Positions 10,699 to 19,639 of a DNA stretch of 64,000 bases are shown here, one piece after another. Origin of the DNA: Candidatus Omnitrophota bacterium. Lineage in GTDB: Bacteria; Omnitrophota; Gorgyraeia; JABMRG01; JAFGKX01. The stretch's first letter is position 1. Each line of letters opens with the position of its first letter. The position numbers and the translations under genes were made by a program. The notes beneath the pieces were generated by a model, which saw only the letters and a list, made by a program, of their open reading frames with translations, searched no databases and was not told where the DNA came from. Location of the stretch: positions 4,071 to 68,070 of the forward strand of contig JAZDPX010000038.1 of the NCBI GenBank assembly GCA_043797125.1, in the 5' to 3' direction.

Positions 10699-11268
10699 TT
10701 ATATCATAAACGCGAAATACGCACTATAAAATTGTAAAGATGCCGAAGCTACTCCAGGCGCGCCGACACCCTTATGCTTAAACTGTTCCTTTACTTTGGG
10801 GCGGGTGAAAAAATAGATAAAAGTGAGAGGAAATAATATATTCGGTATGGCAGTAGGTAGAATAAACTTAGGGATTAAGACTAACCTTGCCGGAAGAATT
10901 ATCAAGAGAGGAAGAACCTTAAGACATGTAAATGTCCCCATAAAAATAACCAAAAAATATGAACAATAAATAACAAGTACTCTGGACCAATTCTTAAATT
11001 TCAGTATAATAAAAGTGGATATTAAATAAATTGATCCTACTATATATAACACAACATTGTAACATATATAAGTTTTTAACCAAACAAAAGGGAGAGGACA
11101 AATAATTACCGTAGACGCATATCGCAAAAATAGGGGGCATGATGCAATTGTAGAGATTGGTATGAAGGGAAGTGCTAACGCAAGTGAAGCATAAAAAATG
11201 AGTAAAAGACTAAATATCAAGACTATAATACTAACCACTGTCACCTTGACTGATCCGTTCTTCTTCAT
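10699..11268 (-). CDS. Hypothetical polytopic membrane protein.
   Basis: 189 aa and highly hydrophobic. It lies immediately upstream of, and co-oriented with, the ClpA-like gene. A 30-bp direct repeat (10777..10806 / 11309..11338) spans its 3' coding end and its upstream region. Confidence 0.5.
   Translation of the reverse strand: MKKNGSVKVTVVSIIVLIFSLLLIFYASLALALPFIPISTIASCPLFLRYASTVIICPLPFVWLKTYICYNVVLYIVGSIYLISTFIILKFKNWSRVLVIYCSYFLVIFMGTFTCLKVLPLLIILPARLVLIPKFILPTAIPNILFPLTFIYFFTRPKVKEQFKHKGVGAPGVASASLQFYSAYFAFMI
10777..10806. repeat. 30-bp direct repeat, copy 1 (cttaaactgttcctttactttggggcgggt).
   Basis: 27/30 identical to 11309..11338. On the minus strand it encodes TRPKVKEQFK near the C-terminus of the 189-aa membrane protein. 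Confidence 0.7.
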
Positions 11269-11308
11269 AATTACTCCTTGCGAATGTCGGCTATGAATTT
11301 ACCATTCA

Positions 11309-11338
11309 CTTAAACTGCTCCTTTACGTTGGGGCGGGT
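11309..11338. repeat. 30-bp direct repeat, copy 2 (cttaaactgctcctttacgttggggcgggt).
   Basis: It is intergenic. In the minus frame it reads ...TRPNVKEQFK followed by a stop, which looks like a remnant copy of the membrane-protein C-terminus. Confidence 0.7.
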
Positions 11339-11363
11339 AATGATTGCCTGATGCCGAATCGTA

Positions 11364-12245
11364 TTATTGCCTTACTTTTTCCATGGCTTTATTGATCCGC
11401 TCAAGCGCTTTATCAAGAACAAAGTTTTCCCGCTCATCAGCTGTTAAAACGTCGAATAACTCCCTTTCTATGCGAGAACGCATGTCACTAATCTCTGTAT
11501 TTGAGCGGCCAAGATTAACGTGATATTTTTTTAAATCTAAATCCCCGCCGTCTTCCTCCAATTTTTTCTTAAAAAGTTCAACTACTTCCTTATCCGCCAA
11601 ATTGAAATCATGCCGAAGAATAAAATCAAGATCATAAAAATCACGCGGCGCAATAATGTCCCGCAAAGCCGCGGCGCGAAGCTTTTCGCTAACAATCTCT
11701 TTGAGCGATAAACAGTTTACTTTCCCGGCGTCGAACAAGGGTTCTTTGGTAAATGGGTGCAAAAATTTGTGCCGCACTGCCTTCTTCTCTACCGCGCAAA
11801 TTGGATTAAACCTAAGTCCAATTTCAAATTTAATTAACTGATCGGAAGGCTGAAGAACAGATTTATACGCAAAGTAATAGACATATTGCTTAGACTCATT
11901 TCGTCCTGCTTTTTCTATATCTTCGATACGAAAGCCGAGCCCCTTAGCAAATTTTTCTATTTTATTCTTTATGGGCTTTATTGATTTGCGCCGCTTTTCT
12001 CGAGTCGTTGTATGTTTCGGAAGGCGCATACTGAAATCTAAATCTTCGCTTAGACGATAATATGAATAGTAGATTTTATTAAGGCATGTCCCACCTTTAA
12101 ATATAAGATCATCCGAAAGCTCATTAAGCTTCGACAAAATGAATGTTAGATAGTAATCCTTCTCGATGAGGGATGCGCGAAAACCGGCCCGATTGGCGGT
12201 CATATTGATAATATCAGCAAATTGCGCCTTATCCTCGTGAATCAT
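11364..12245 (-). CDS. abiEii: AbiEii/AbiGii-family nucleotidyltransferase toxin (type IV TA / abortive infection).
   Basis: 293 aa with the motif IEKDYYLTFILSKL...LIFKGGTCLNKIYY...RLSEDLDF, typical of the DUF1814 / AbiEii nucleotidyltransferase family. It overlaps the upstream AbiEi gene by 17 nt. Confidence 0.75.
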   Translation of the reverse strand: MIHEDKAQFADIINMTANRAGFRASLIEKDYYLTFILSKLNELSDDLIFKGGTCLNKIYYSYYRLSEDLDFSMRLPKHTTTREKRRKSIKPIKNKIEKFAKGLGFRIEDIEKAGRNESKQYVYYFAYKSVLQPSDQLIKFEIGLRFNPICAVEKKAVRHKFLHPFTKEPLFDAGKVNCLSLKEIVSEKLRAAALRDIIAPRDFYDLDFILRHDFNLADKEVVELFKKKLEEDGGDLDLKKYHVNLGRSNTEISDMRSRIERELFDVLTADERENFVLDKALERINKAMEKVRQ

Positions 12246-13029
12246 TGATGATAACTCTCCATTTCTTATTGAGCTTGCCTCTAAATGAACCTGTGAAAGA
12301 ACTGATCGCTGTGTCCTCTATGCTTTTGGTAAGCGGCGCAAGATCTCTCTTGGGATAACCCATTTCATCTAACAACACCCCGATTCGCTTGCGAGTTTTA
12401 ATATTTGGGAATTGTGCCGCGAAACGAATAAATTTCTTTATGTCGCACCTGTCTTTTTTAAGTTCGCGCTTAAGGATTTCAAGAGCGCTTTTAATGCCTC
12501 CAACCGGCTTATTAAAATAGACAAGATCCACCAACGTGCGCTCTAAGGAACTAATCATAACTTCTTGCCCGTTGACATCTATTTTTTCAAGGCCATACAT
12601 CCTGTCTTCATTGATTCGTAAAAAGTTAAATATAACTCCGCAGATTTTCTTTTGCCTGCGCTGTAAAGAAGTGTTCAGGATATACATCACTTGAAAAAGC
12701 TGATCAGTCAAATTGTAGTAGTTATACATCGTTGAATAGCCAATGTAATAGTTTTTCTGCGGGAAGAATTGTGGCGGGATCAACATTTCGTTTATACCGG
12801 CACCCGCTTCACCATATTCGAGAGGCGAAAAAACATACACCCCTCTCTTAATAGTTGAGAAAATACCTTTCTTTTTCAGCTGATAAACAATTTTATTGCG
12901 TTCTATATCATCATACTTGAAAAACGCATCCAAGTCTTCTTTTGTAACGATGCGCTTCTTTTCATAAGAAAGACGAGAAATAACCTCGATTTCTTTCTCT
13001 CCTAAACGTGTTCTTTTTTTCTTATCCAT
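12229..13029 (-). CDS. abiEi: AbiEi-family antitoxin / transcriptional autoregulator (N-terminal wHTH).
   Basis: 266 aa lying upstream of, and overlapping, the AbiEii gene. The N-terminal winged-helix-like segment is EIEVISRLSYEKKRIVTKEDL. This is the expected gene order for AbiE. Confidence 0.65.
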   Translation of the reverse strand: MDKKKRTRLGEKEIEVISRLSYEKKRIVTKEDLDAFFKYDDIERNKIVYQLKKKGIFSTIKRGVYVFSPLEYGEAGAGINEMLIPPQFFPQKNYYIGYSTMYNYYNLTDQLFQVMYILNTSLQRRQKKICGVIFNFLRINEDRMYGLEKIDVNGQEVMISSLERTLVDLVYFNKPVGGIKSALEILKRELKKDRCDIKKFIRFAAQFPNIKTRKRIGVLLDEMGYPKRDLAPLTKSIEDTAISSFTGSFRGKLNKKWRVIINDSRG

Positions 13030-13084
13030 AATACCCTCACAAAGGATTATTGTTAATTTTTTTATATGTATAGAATATCACACT

Positions 13085-13125
13085 ATTTTGCTATGTCAAT
13101 AAGATTCTGCGCATGTCAATCAAAA
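13085..13125 (-). promoter_or_regulatory. Candidate abiE promoter with duplicated TTGACA-containing repeats.
   Basis: The minus strand reads gaTTGACAtgcgcagaatcttaTTGACAtagcaaaatagtgtgaTATTCT. It has two 10-11 nt direct repeats (attgacat) overlapping the -35, and a -10-like hexamer about 17 nt downstream. This resembles the AbiEi autoregulation architecture. Confidence 0.4.
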
Positions 13126-13161
13126 TGCTCACCTAAAGTCTAATAATTCTTAGTGTATAAT

Positions 13162-13288
13162 TACAGACGTTTTGGATTTTAAGCTTCAACCTGCCCCATC
13201 TTTGTGTTGTAACCTGCTCTTATTCAAGGTACACTTTCGTGCTTAAACTTGGGTCAGGTTGAAGCTTAATTTGCGAAACGTCTGTACA
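13162..13288 (-). terminator. Long interrupted inverted repeat (about 11+13 bp stems, about 52-nt loop) downstream of the 1126-aa gene.
   Basis: tacagacgttt...aagcttcaacctg pairs with caggttgaagctt...aaacgtctgta. It lies between the stop of the 13304..16684 gene and the abiE promoter. Confidence 0.4.
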
Positions 13289-13303
13289 TGATTGGCAGGC
13301 GAT

Positions 13304-16300
13304 TTACGCACTTGCTGCAAAGGCGCCAATGGCGTGAATATCGAAATTTGGTTGGCTTTCGTAAGCTTTGAGGTTGGATTGGCCTACAGGATCTTCAACA
13401 TAGACATTTGTCAATTTAATACTTTTAAATTCTGGCTTTTTATTTAAACGTAAAGCTAAGTCTACGCCTTTTTTACCTCTGTAAACAGCTATAGGTAGAT
13501 TTAACTCTAATATGTCGTTTATTATATCTTCTGCAAAATCTGGAAACTTTTCTTTACGTACATGAGCTTTAGCAATGGCATTTCCCAAATTATCCGCTGT
13601 CTTTTTATGTTCTCCTGCTGGGTAAAGATATCTTAGTAAAACATAATATAGGCCTCTTGAATCCTCATTATTAACAACCTCTTCATCGATAATCTCTCTT
13701 TTTTCATCATAGCTAAGTTTATCAAATACAGCTTTAGGGTAGTCAAATATTGGTGATAGGATTAGATTGATGTTTCCGTATATGTCGACCTGATAATAAT
13801 AGCCCTGACTAAAGGCGCGCCGGCGATCAACTGTTTCCCAAATCTTTTTCTTTGCCGCAGAATCACAAACCTCAAAGCCTCTTGCAGACAATACGTTAAT
13901 ATCAGGCTCAGGAAACGTTGAATTTTTATTCCATCCCTCATACCCATCCTGTATGTACTGTAATATTCCCTGCTTTTTAAGTAAGGATATAAGCTTTATT
14001 TCTATATTGTCTGCAAGTTCAGGCCAGCTTATGCCGTTTTTCTTAACAAACACAGGGGGTTTTTCAAATCTGAGGTGAATTTCATGCTTGTGCTCATAAA
14101 GATTTTTTATCATATTAAAGTAGCGTCTTACATAATGCGCTGTGAGCCTTTCTTCGTTGTAATTGTATTTTTTACACAACCTGATAAAATCGCCGTCAAA
14201 AGGATGAACAGAAATCTCAATATCATAAAGCAGACCGGAGTCATTTATGTGTTTCAAATTTCTATACATAAGGTCCTGATATTTTTCAATGGCACCATGC
14301 GTTATAAGGCCGTAAGCTATTTTTGAAAAAGGATTGTAATCCAGCATTTTTTTAATATCATGGTATAGTGCACCGCATACATCCTCATAAAGAAGTGGTT
14401 CAAAGTCGTAACTGTTGTGATGTAAAAAACCATTTTTGGCAAGCATTACGACCAGGGGATACGGCATACATCTTTTTGCGCGTATTATTCCTACTAACTT
14501 TATTACGGGGCAAAAAATGCAGCCATTGCCACAGTATCCAGCAGGTCTAACATTTAAATATGAACAGTATCTTGTAAAGCCTAGTGTGTCTATCTCTTTA
14601 AAATGCTCCTGCGGAAACTGCTCGAGTATTTCTTTTGCTGTCATTTTCGGTACATTGCGGAAATACGATATTGTTTTATGCAGCTCCTTGCATAACTCTT
14701 GTGGCATAGGCCCTTTTATGCGCTCTGCCTGCTTTAAAAGCTCCTTGCCGTTTTTGTTTAATATACCGAAATCCTCATAATAGGAATAAACCTTTTTAAA
14801 GTAATCCAGGTTTGCTGCGACATATTCAGCCTCGATAACAATTTTCCCTTTACTTGCCATCGGCCGCAAGGCGGCGGAATCGATGGCTTCGAGGCTTTGA
14901 ATATCTTTAAATAGAGTTGGCTCTAAGCCATTTTGTTCACATAATATTGATAAAATTTTATGTGCCTCCTCATTGCTGTTAGTGTCAAATGAAACAATAT
15001 TTTTCGCGGGATCCCAAATGCATGGGAATACCATTGCTTCACGGTTTTCGCCGCTTCCAACACGTCTCAGTTTTACCAATACTACATATAGATACTCCTT
15101 AGAAGCAGTTTTGATGCGATTATGAAAGAAAAATCCATGCGAGCCAGCCTCATCCAATAATACTATTCTGTCTTTCCTTCCATGCTTTTGTTTTAATACT
15201 TTGAAAAGTTTTGTAAAATAATGCGGTAAAAAATGATAATATGAATCATGGTATAGTTTTTTTCCATGGGATGCGTTAAACCATCCATTATCCTCATGTA
15301 AAACCCTGTATGGCAGTTTATAAAAAGCTGCGTTGAAGCTTTGATCGCGCTGCTTTGCTTTAACTTTTCTTTCAAATTGTTTTGAAAGTGAATCGCCTCT
15401 TATTACAACAATATTCTGTGTCAAATTCGTTAAATTAAGATTACGGTATTTATTACCATAAACAGTACTATCTCTGCAATCAGGGTCTATCGCAAGTCGA
15501 AGCTCACTTTTACCTACGCCGCCTTCGCCATCAACCAAAATTAAAATCGGCATATCTGGATTAATGTCTCTTTGCTTTTTCACAATTGCCTGCAATTGAC
15601 CTAATACTATGTCAACAGGCTTAAAACCTAGTTTTTCATCTATTATCGATTGGGTTTTATTATAATTACCCTGCTTCACAGTTTTTATGCCTAAGCTTTT
15701 AAGTAAGAGCTTAAAATCAAAAGGCTGATATAGAATTATATCAGAGCCGTGCTGTCTCAACCCTGCGGAATGCTCCGACTTATAGCAAAGGCCTACGCAA
15801 AATGCGCCGCCGGTTTTCATGGCGCCTATGCCGTTTCTGGTAGGGCCGTCATCTATAGCCACGACTGAATTATCCGGATAACCTCTTACGATTTTACTCA
15901 CTTCTTTGGTTTTGTTTTCTACGTTTCCGCGTATATTATCCTTTGGGATATATTTAGTTATTCCTAGTTCTTCTGCAAGGTTTAGTTCTGTCAAATTGCG
16001 GCTCCAGCTGACTATATGCATATCTACGCCTGCGTCTTTTGCTGATTGCAAAGCATCAAATATCCCTGGCACTATACAAAGGGTGGGGTCTGCTTTCCAT
16101 TCTTTTAAATGACTCTTTATGTATTTTTCTGCTTGCACAAAGTTAATCCCTGTGTAAAATCTAGCATCATCTATGCATAATGGCAAATTATGCGTTTTTA
16201 GGCTTTCAATAAATGCACTGATGCAGCCAGACAGTTTTCCTGGATTTTCTTTTAGCGTATCGAGTTTTGAGCCAATTGTATCCCAGAATAAGCTATTATA

Positions 16301-16684
16301 TTTTTTAAAATTATCTTTTCTAAAAGACTCTATATCAACCTTTTGCGGTTCCAGCCCATCAAGCACAATTCGAAATCTGTCTATATTTGACATCTCATTT
16401 TTGGTTTTATCAAAAAAATCCTTAGCTTTTTTAACATCGCCAAACTGCATACTTGTTATTATGGCGGTCTGCAATATCCATTTGATGGAATCTATGCCTG
16501 TAAATATGACGTCATCCCAGTCAAGAATAAGAGCTTTAACGCCGTTTTTCTTAAGCAGCTCTAAATTTTTGTGGTTTATTATTTTTATTAAACCTACGCT
16601 TTTACTCGCCATCGGCCTAAGAGCAAACCCCTGCTGCGGGGCAACTAATATGATCGCTATTATTATCGCAAGTATTTTTTTCAT
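13304..16684 (-). CDS. Signal-peptide-bearing multidomain protein: HAD-like phosphatase domain + P-loop NTPase/kinase-like domain + radical-SAM domain (1126 aa).
   Basis: The N-terminus is MKKILAIIIAIILVAPQQGFALRPMASK. HAD motif I is LILDWDDVIF and a DD motif is VVAIDDGP. The Walker A is ILILVDGEGGVGKSE and the Walker B is IVLLDEAG. ALRPMASK recurs internally near aa 600. The radical-SAM motif is YCGNGCIFCPV (CX3CX2C with an aromatic residue before the third Cys). Confidence 0.8.
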   Translation of the reverse strand: MKKILAIIIAIILVAPQQGFALRPMASKSVGLIKIINHKNLELLKKNGVKALILDWDDVIFTGIDSIKWILQTAIITSMQFGDVKKAKDFFDKTKNEMSNIDRFRIVLDGLEPQKVDIESFRKDNFKKYNSLFWDTIGSKLDTLKENPGKLSGCISAFIESLKTHNLPLCIDDARFYTGINFVQAEKYIKSHLKEWKADPTLCIVPGIFDALQSAKDAGVDMHIVSWSRNLTELNLAEELGITKYIPKDNIRGNVENKTKEVSKIVRGYPDNSVVAIDDGPTRNGIGAMKTGGAFCVGLCYKSEHSAGLRQHGSDIILYQPFDFKLLLKSLGIKTVKQGNYNKTQSIIDEKLGFKPVDIVLGQLQAIVKKQRDINPDMPILILVDGEGGVGKSELRLAIDPDCRDSTVYGNKYRNLNLTNLTQNIVVIRGDSLSKQFERKVKAKQRDQSFNAAFYKLPYRVLHEDNGWFNASHGKKLYHDSYYHFLPHYFTKLFKVLKQKHGRKDRIVLLDEAGSHGFFFHNRIKTASKEYLYVVLVKLRRVGSGENREAMVFPCIWDPAKNIVSFDTNSNEEAHKILSILCEQNGLEPTLFKDIQSLEAIDSAALRPMASKGKIVIEAEYVAANLDYFKKVYSYYEDFGILNKNGKELLKQAERIKGPMPQELCKELHKTISYFRNVPKMTAKEILEQFPQEHFKEIDTLGFTRYCSYLNVRPAGYCGNGCIFCPVIKLVGIIRAKRCMPYPLVVMLAKNGFLHHNSYDFEPLLYEDVCGALYHDIKKMLDYNPFSKIAYGLITHGAIEKYQDLMYRNLKHINDSGLLYDIEISVHPFDGDFIRLCKKYNYNEERLTAHYVRRYFNMIKNLYEHKHEIHLRFEKPPVFVKKNGISWPELADNIEIKLISLLKKQGILQYIQDGYEGWNKNSTFPEPDINVLSARGFEVCDSAAKKKIWETVDRRRAFSQGYYYQVDIYGNINLILSPIFDYPKAVFDKLSYDEKREIIDEEVVNNEDSRGLYYVLLRYLYPAGEHKKTADNLGNAIAKAHVRKEKFPDFAEDIINDILELNLPIAVYRGKKGVDLALRLNKKPEFKSIKLTNVYVEDPVGQSNLKAYESQPNFDIHAIGAFAASA

Positions 16685-16685
16685 A

Positions 16686-18305
16686 TCATTCTCGGATTTC
16701 TAACAAGGTTAGATTAACCTGGTTAGATGCATGTTTTTTTGCTGCTGCAGGACGTAGAGCGCAGGAGTCTGTGGATTGCGTTACTTTTAATTTATAATTT
16801 GTGAATACAAAACCTACTCCAAAAAAGAAAGTAGATAAATTTTTACCTGAAAGTTCTTTTGGATTAAAAAGCAAAAGCTCCTCCTGCTGTGTTAACAAGC
16901 CATTATTTTTAAGCCAGGATATAACTTCAAAACATTGTTTTTCACGCGTCATTTTATACGCCTCTACTTCACCCATATGTACACAAATTTGCTTAACATG
17001 GGCTATTAGTAGTTTTTCGCAAATTTGAGCCGCTACCAATCTGGCAAGATTTAAATTTCCCGTGTTAGCTTCTACAACATTTGCAATGCTAATTTCTACT
17101 GCTTCTTTTGGCAGTGTATTGGAAACAAACTCCTTTAAAGTGTTCTGATCTGCGCCTTCTAAATATTTATCAATTACTAACAGCATGGATTGTGGTTTAC
17201 CTCCGTAAATTATGTGCTTGCCCGGAATATTATATCGCCTGATAAGCTCTGAATGTGCTGAGCCCATCAATGAAACTATAATTGCTTCATTGTCCTTTGA
17301 TAAAATATCCTCTGCCTGTTTTATAAACACGTCGTTAAAAGACTGAATATGTTTTAAATAAGCCTCATACCTATCAAAGCAGCCTTTCAAATAGCCGTTT
17401 AAATCTCCCGAAAAAAAAGAGTCGCCAGCATCGAGGAATATTTTATCATGTAATAATTTTTTTTGCATTATATCCACATTCAGGTTGCTGGGAAACATCT
17501 TATGTATTTTATATCTATTTTTTGCTAGAAAAGTATGATAGGCAAAAGCGGCGTCAAAAAATTGACCTGGATTTAAGTTTCTGACATAGCCGGTTTTTTT
17601 GATATTATCTAAATATTCTTGAGCTGACAAAGCATAATCTTGTAGTTGTTGAGCTAAAACATCAGAATGCTTAGACAGCTTATAATCAGGCGGGAACATC
17701 TCAACCATGACATAAATATGTTTTTTTTCTTTAAACCCGGCATCCATAGCATATTGCATATGCGGTATTGCAGCATCAATATTTTCTTTTGTTGCATGTG
17801 TGGTAAAAAATAACTTTGCAGCATCCTTTAACAGAGGTCTCGTCAACCAATCATAGAGTGCATAGGCGCCTGTCGATGCTATTGCTATTCCTCCAATAGT
17901 ATATATTAATTTTTTTGTATTATTTCTATGTAGTTTCGTTTTTATAAGTTTCTCATATTCAATTTTAAAATGTTTATCAAGATCGGTAAGATCTATAGCG
18001 CCTTTTTTCTTTTTTAGGACAGATATTTCTATTTCAGTTGAATCTGACATTCGAAATGTGATTAGGATTGTGTTTTTCTTACTTTTCGGGTTGGTTATCG
18101 TGATATGCTTAATATCTGAATAAAGTTGGCTTGATATAAAGTGTTTACTTAGGGCTTGTCCTACGTCATTTGGAATGTTTCGCAGCGCCTGAATCTTGGG
18201 CACATTTTTTTCTATTAACTCACTTGAGGATATGGGCCTCAACGCATATGCCTGTTGTGTCATAGTAAGCATAAAACAAATTAATATTGATAATATTTTT
18301 TGCAT
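16686..18305 (-). CDS. Secreted hypothetical protein of the QQxYALRP family (539 aa).
   Basis: The N-terminus is MQKILSILICFMLTMTQQAYALRPISS. There is no recognisable catalytic motif apart from a weak TraB/Tiki-like GSAH. The C-terminus DSCALRPAAAKKHASNQ... runs into the conserved leader of the next gene. Its stop overlaps the next start as TGATATG. Confidence 0.7.
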   Translation of the reverse strand: MQKILSILICFMLTMTQQAYALRPISSSELIEKNVPKIQALRNIPNDVGQALSKHFISSQLYSDIKHITITNPKSKKNTILITFRMSDSTEIEISVLKKKKGAIDLTDLDKHFKIEYEKLIKTKLHRNNTKKLIYTIGGIAIASTGAYALYDWLTRPLLKDAAKLFFTTHATKENIDAAIPHMQYAMDAGFKEKKHIYVMVEMFPPDYKLSKHSDVLAQQLQDYALSAQEYLDNIKKTGYVRNLNPGQFFDAAFAYHTFLAKNRYKIHKMFPSNLNVDIMQKKLLHDKIFLDAGDSFFSGDLNGYLKGCFDRYEAYLKHIQSFNDVFIKQAEDILSKDNEAIIVSLMGSAHSELIRRYNIPGKHIIYGGKPQSMLLVIDKYLEGADQNTLKEFVSNTLPKEAVEISIANVVEANTGNLNLARLVAAQICEKLLIAHVKQICVHMGEVEAYKMTREKQCFEVISWLKNNGLLTQQEELLLFNPKELSGKNLSTFFFGVGFVFTNYKLKVTQSTDSCALRPAAAKKHASNQVNLTLLEIRE

Positions 18306-18559
18306 ATTTTTGCTCTTTTAATTAGAGACTTCGTAATACCTTTAATTAAATGTCTTAATTATGTCCAAAATAAATCAACCCCTTGAAATCAGCTATAGCG
18401 CTGAAACCAAGAGGTCGCCCTTTTCATTTACTAGTTATTAATAGTATAACACAGAGAGTTTGATATAGCAAGAAAATTCAAAAAACGCATTTTAACATAG
18501 ACAATGCCCGAAGATTTAATTCTCCGCCGGGAGGCGGCTCCTACGCAAAATTGGCAACC

Positions 18560-19633
18560 TCAAACATTAAACTTAATATCCAGCATATCGCCGTCTTGGA
18601 CTATATAATCCTTGCCCTTAAGATATGCTTTGCCGGCCTCTTTTACAGCTTGCTCGCTGCCATATTGGACGAAATCGCTGTATTTCATCACTTCAGCCCG
18701 GATGAAACCTCTTTGCAGATCTGTATGTATGGCGCCGGCGGCTTCAGGCGCCGTTGAGCCGGCGCGAATGGTCCATTGCCTGACTTCGTCAGGCCCGACC
18801 GTGAAAAACGATATCAAATTCAATGCCTTCATGCAAAGGCGGGTCATTTTATCAATCGCAGCTTCGTCTATGCCGAGCTCTTTTAAAAATTCTTTTCTTT
18901 CCTCATCAGATTCAAGCTGGGCTATCTCGTCTTCAACTTTAGCGGAAACCTGCATAATGTCTATTCCTTGGGGTTTATAATTAAGCCTTAGCTTATCGAT
19001 AAAATCTGTGTTTTTAAGGCTCTCCTCAGAAATATTCAGGGCTATTATTAAGTTCTTACGGGTAACAAAGGGGTAACTTGATATTAGCTTCTTTTCGTCG
19101 TTAGTCAGCTCAAGCAACCTTAACGGTAGTTCTTTATCAAGGTGCGGCTTTAATTTAGACAGCACTTCCTTTTCTTTTATAGCCGCCTCTTCTCTTATCT
19201 GCTTTATTTTTTTATCAATTCTTTCGTTCCTTGTTTCAATGAAGATAAGGTCGTGTAAAATAAGTTCCGAATTTACTGTGTCTATGTCGCGCTTTGGGTC
19301 AATAGAACCTTCTATGTGATATATGGATTCGTCTTTAAATGCCCTCACAACATGGCATACTGCGTCGAGTTCGTTTATGTCGGCGAAGATGTCGCCTTTA
19401 GCTATTGTGTCTTTTTCTATTTTCGGCAAAAGCTCAATGTCTATTCTCGCACGCACTTCTTTTTTCGGTTTGTACGTTTTAGCCAGGTTGTCAAACCTCG
19501 GGTCTTTTATCTGAGCGACTGCCTTTATTGGCTTGTTTGAGGCAAGTTCGTTTTCCGTGGGCTTGTGATTAGTGAGAAGCTCAAAAAGAGTTTTCTTCCC
19601 TGTTTGCGGTAATCCTATTATTCCGATTTTCAT
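18560..19633 (-). CDS. ychF: Ribosome-binding ATPase YchF (Obg-family).
   Basis: MKIGIIGLPQTGKKTLFELLT is the G1 motif. A C-terminal TGS-like domain reads KDYIVQDGDMLDIKFNV. The protein is 357 aa. Confidence 0.85.
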   Translation of the reverse strand: MKIGIIGLPQTGKKTLFELLTNHKPTENELASNKPIKAVAQIKDPRFDNLAKTYKPKKEVRARIDIELLPKIEKDTIAKGDIFADINELDAVCHVVRAFKDESIYHIEGSIDPKRDIDTVNSELILHDLIFIETRNERIDKKIKQIREEAAIKEKEVLSKLKPHLDKELPLRLLELTNDEKKLISSYPFVTRKNLIIALNISEESLKNTDFIDKLRLNYKPQGIDIMQVSAKVEDEIAQLESDEERKEFLKELGIDEAAIDKMTRLCMKALNLISFFTVGPDEVRQWTIRAGSTAPEAAGAIHTDLQRGFIRAEVMKYSDFVQYGSEQAVKEAGKAYLKGKDYIVQDGDMLDIKFNV

Positions 19634-19639
19634 ATTATT

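Noticed and set aside
13243-13260. A third partial occurrence (cttaaacttggg) of the 30-bp direct repeat.
   Set aside because: Only 8-9 nt match. It is part of the separate long inverted repeat at 13162..13288 and is probably coincidental.
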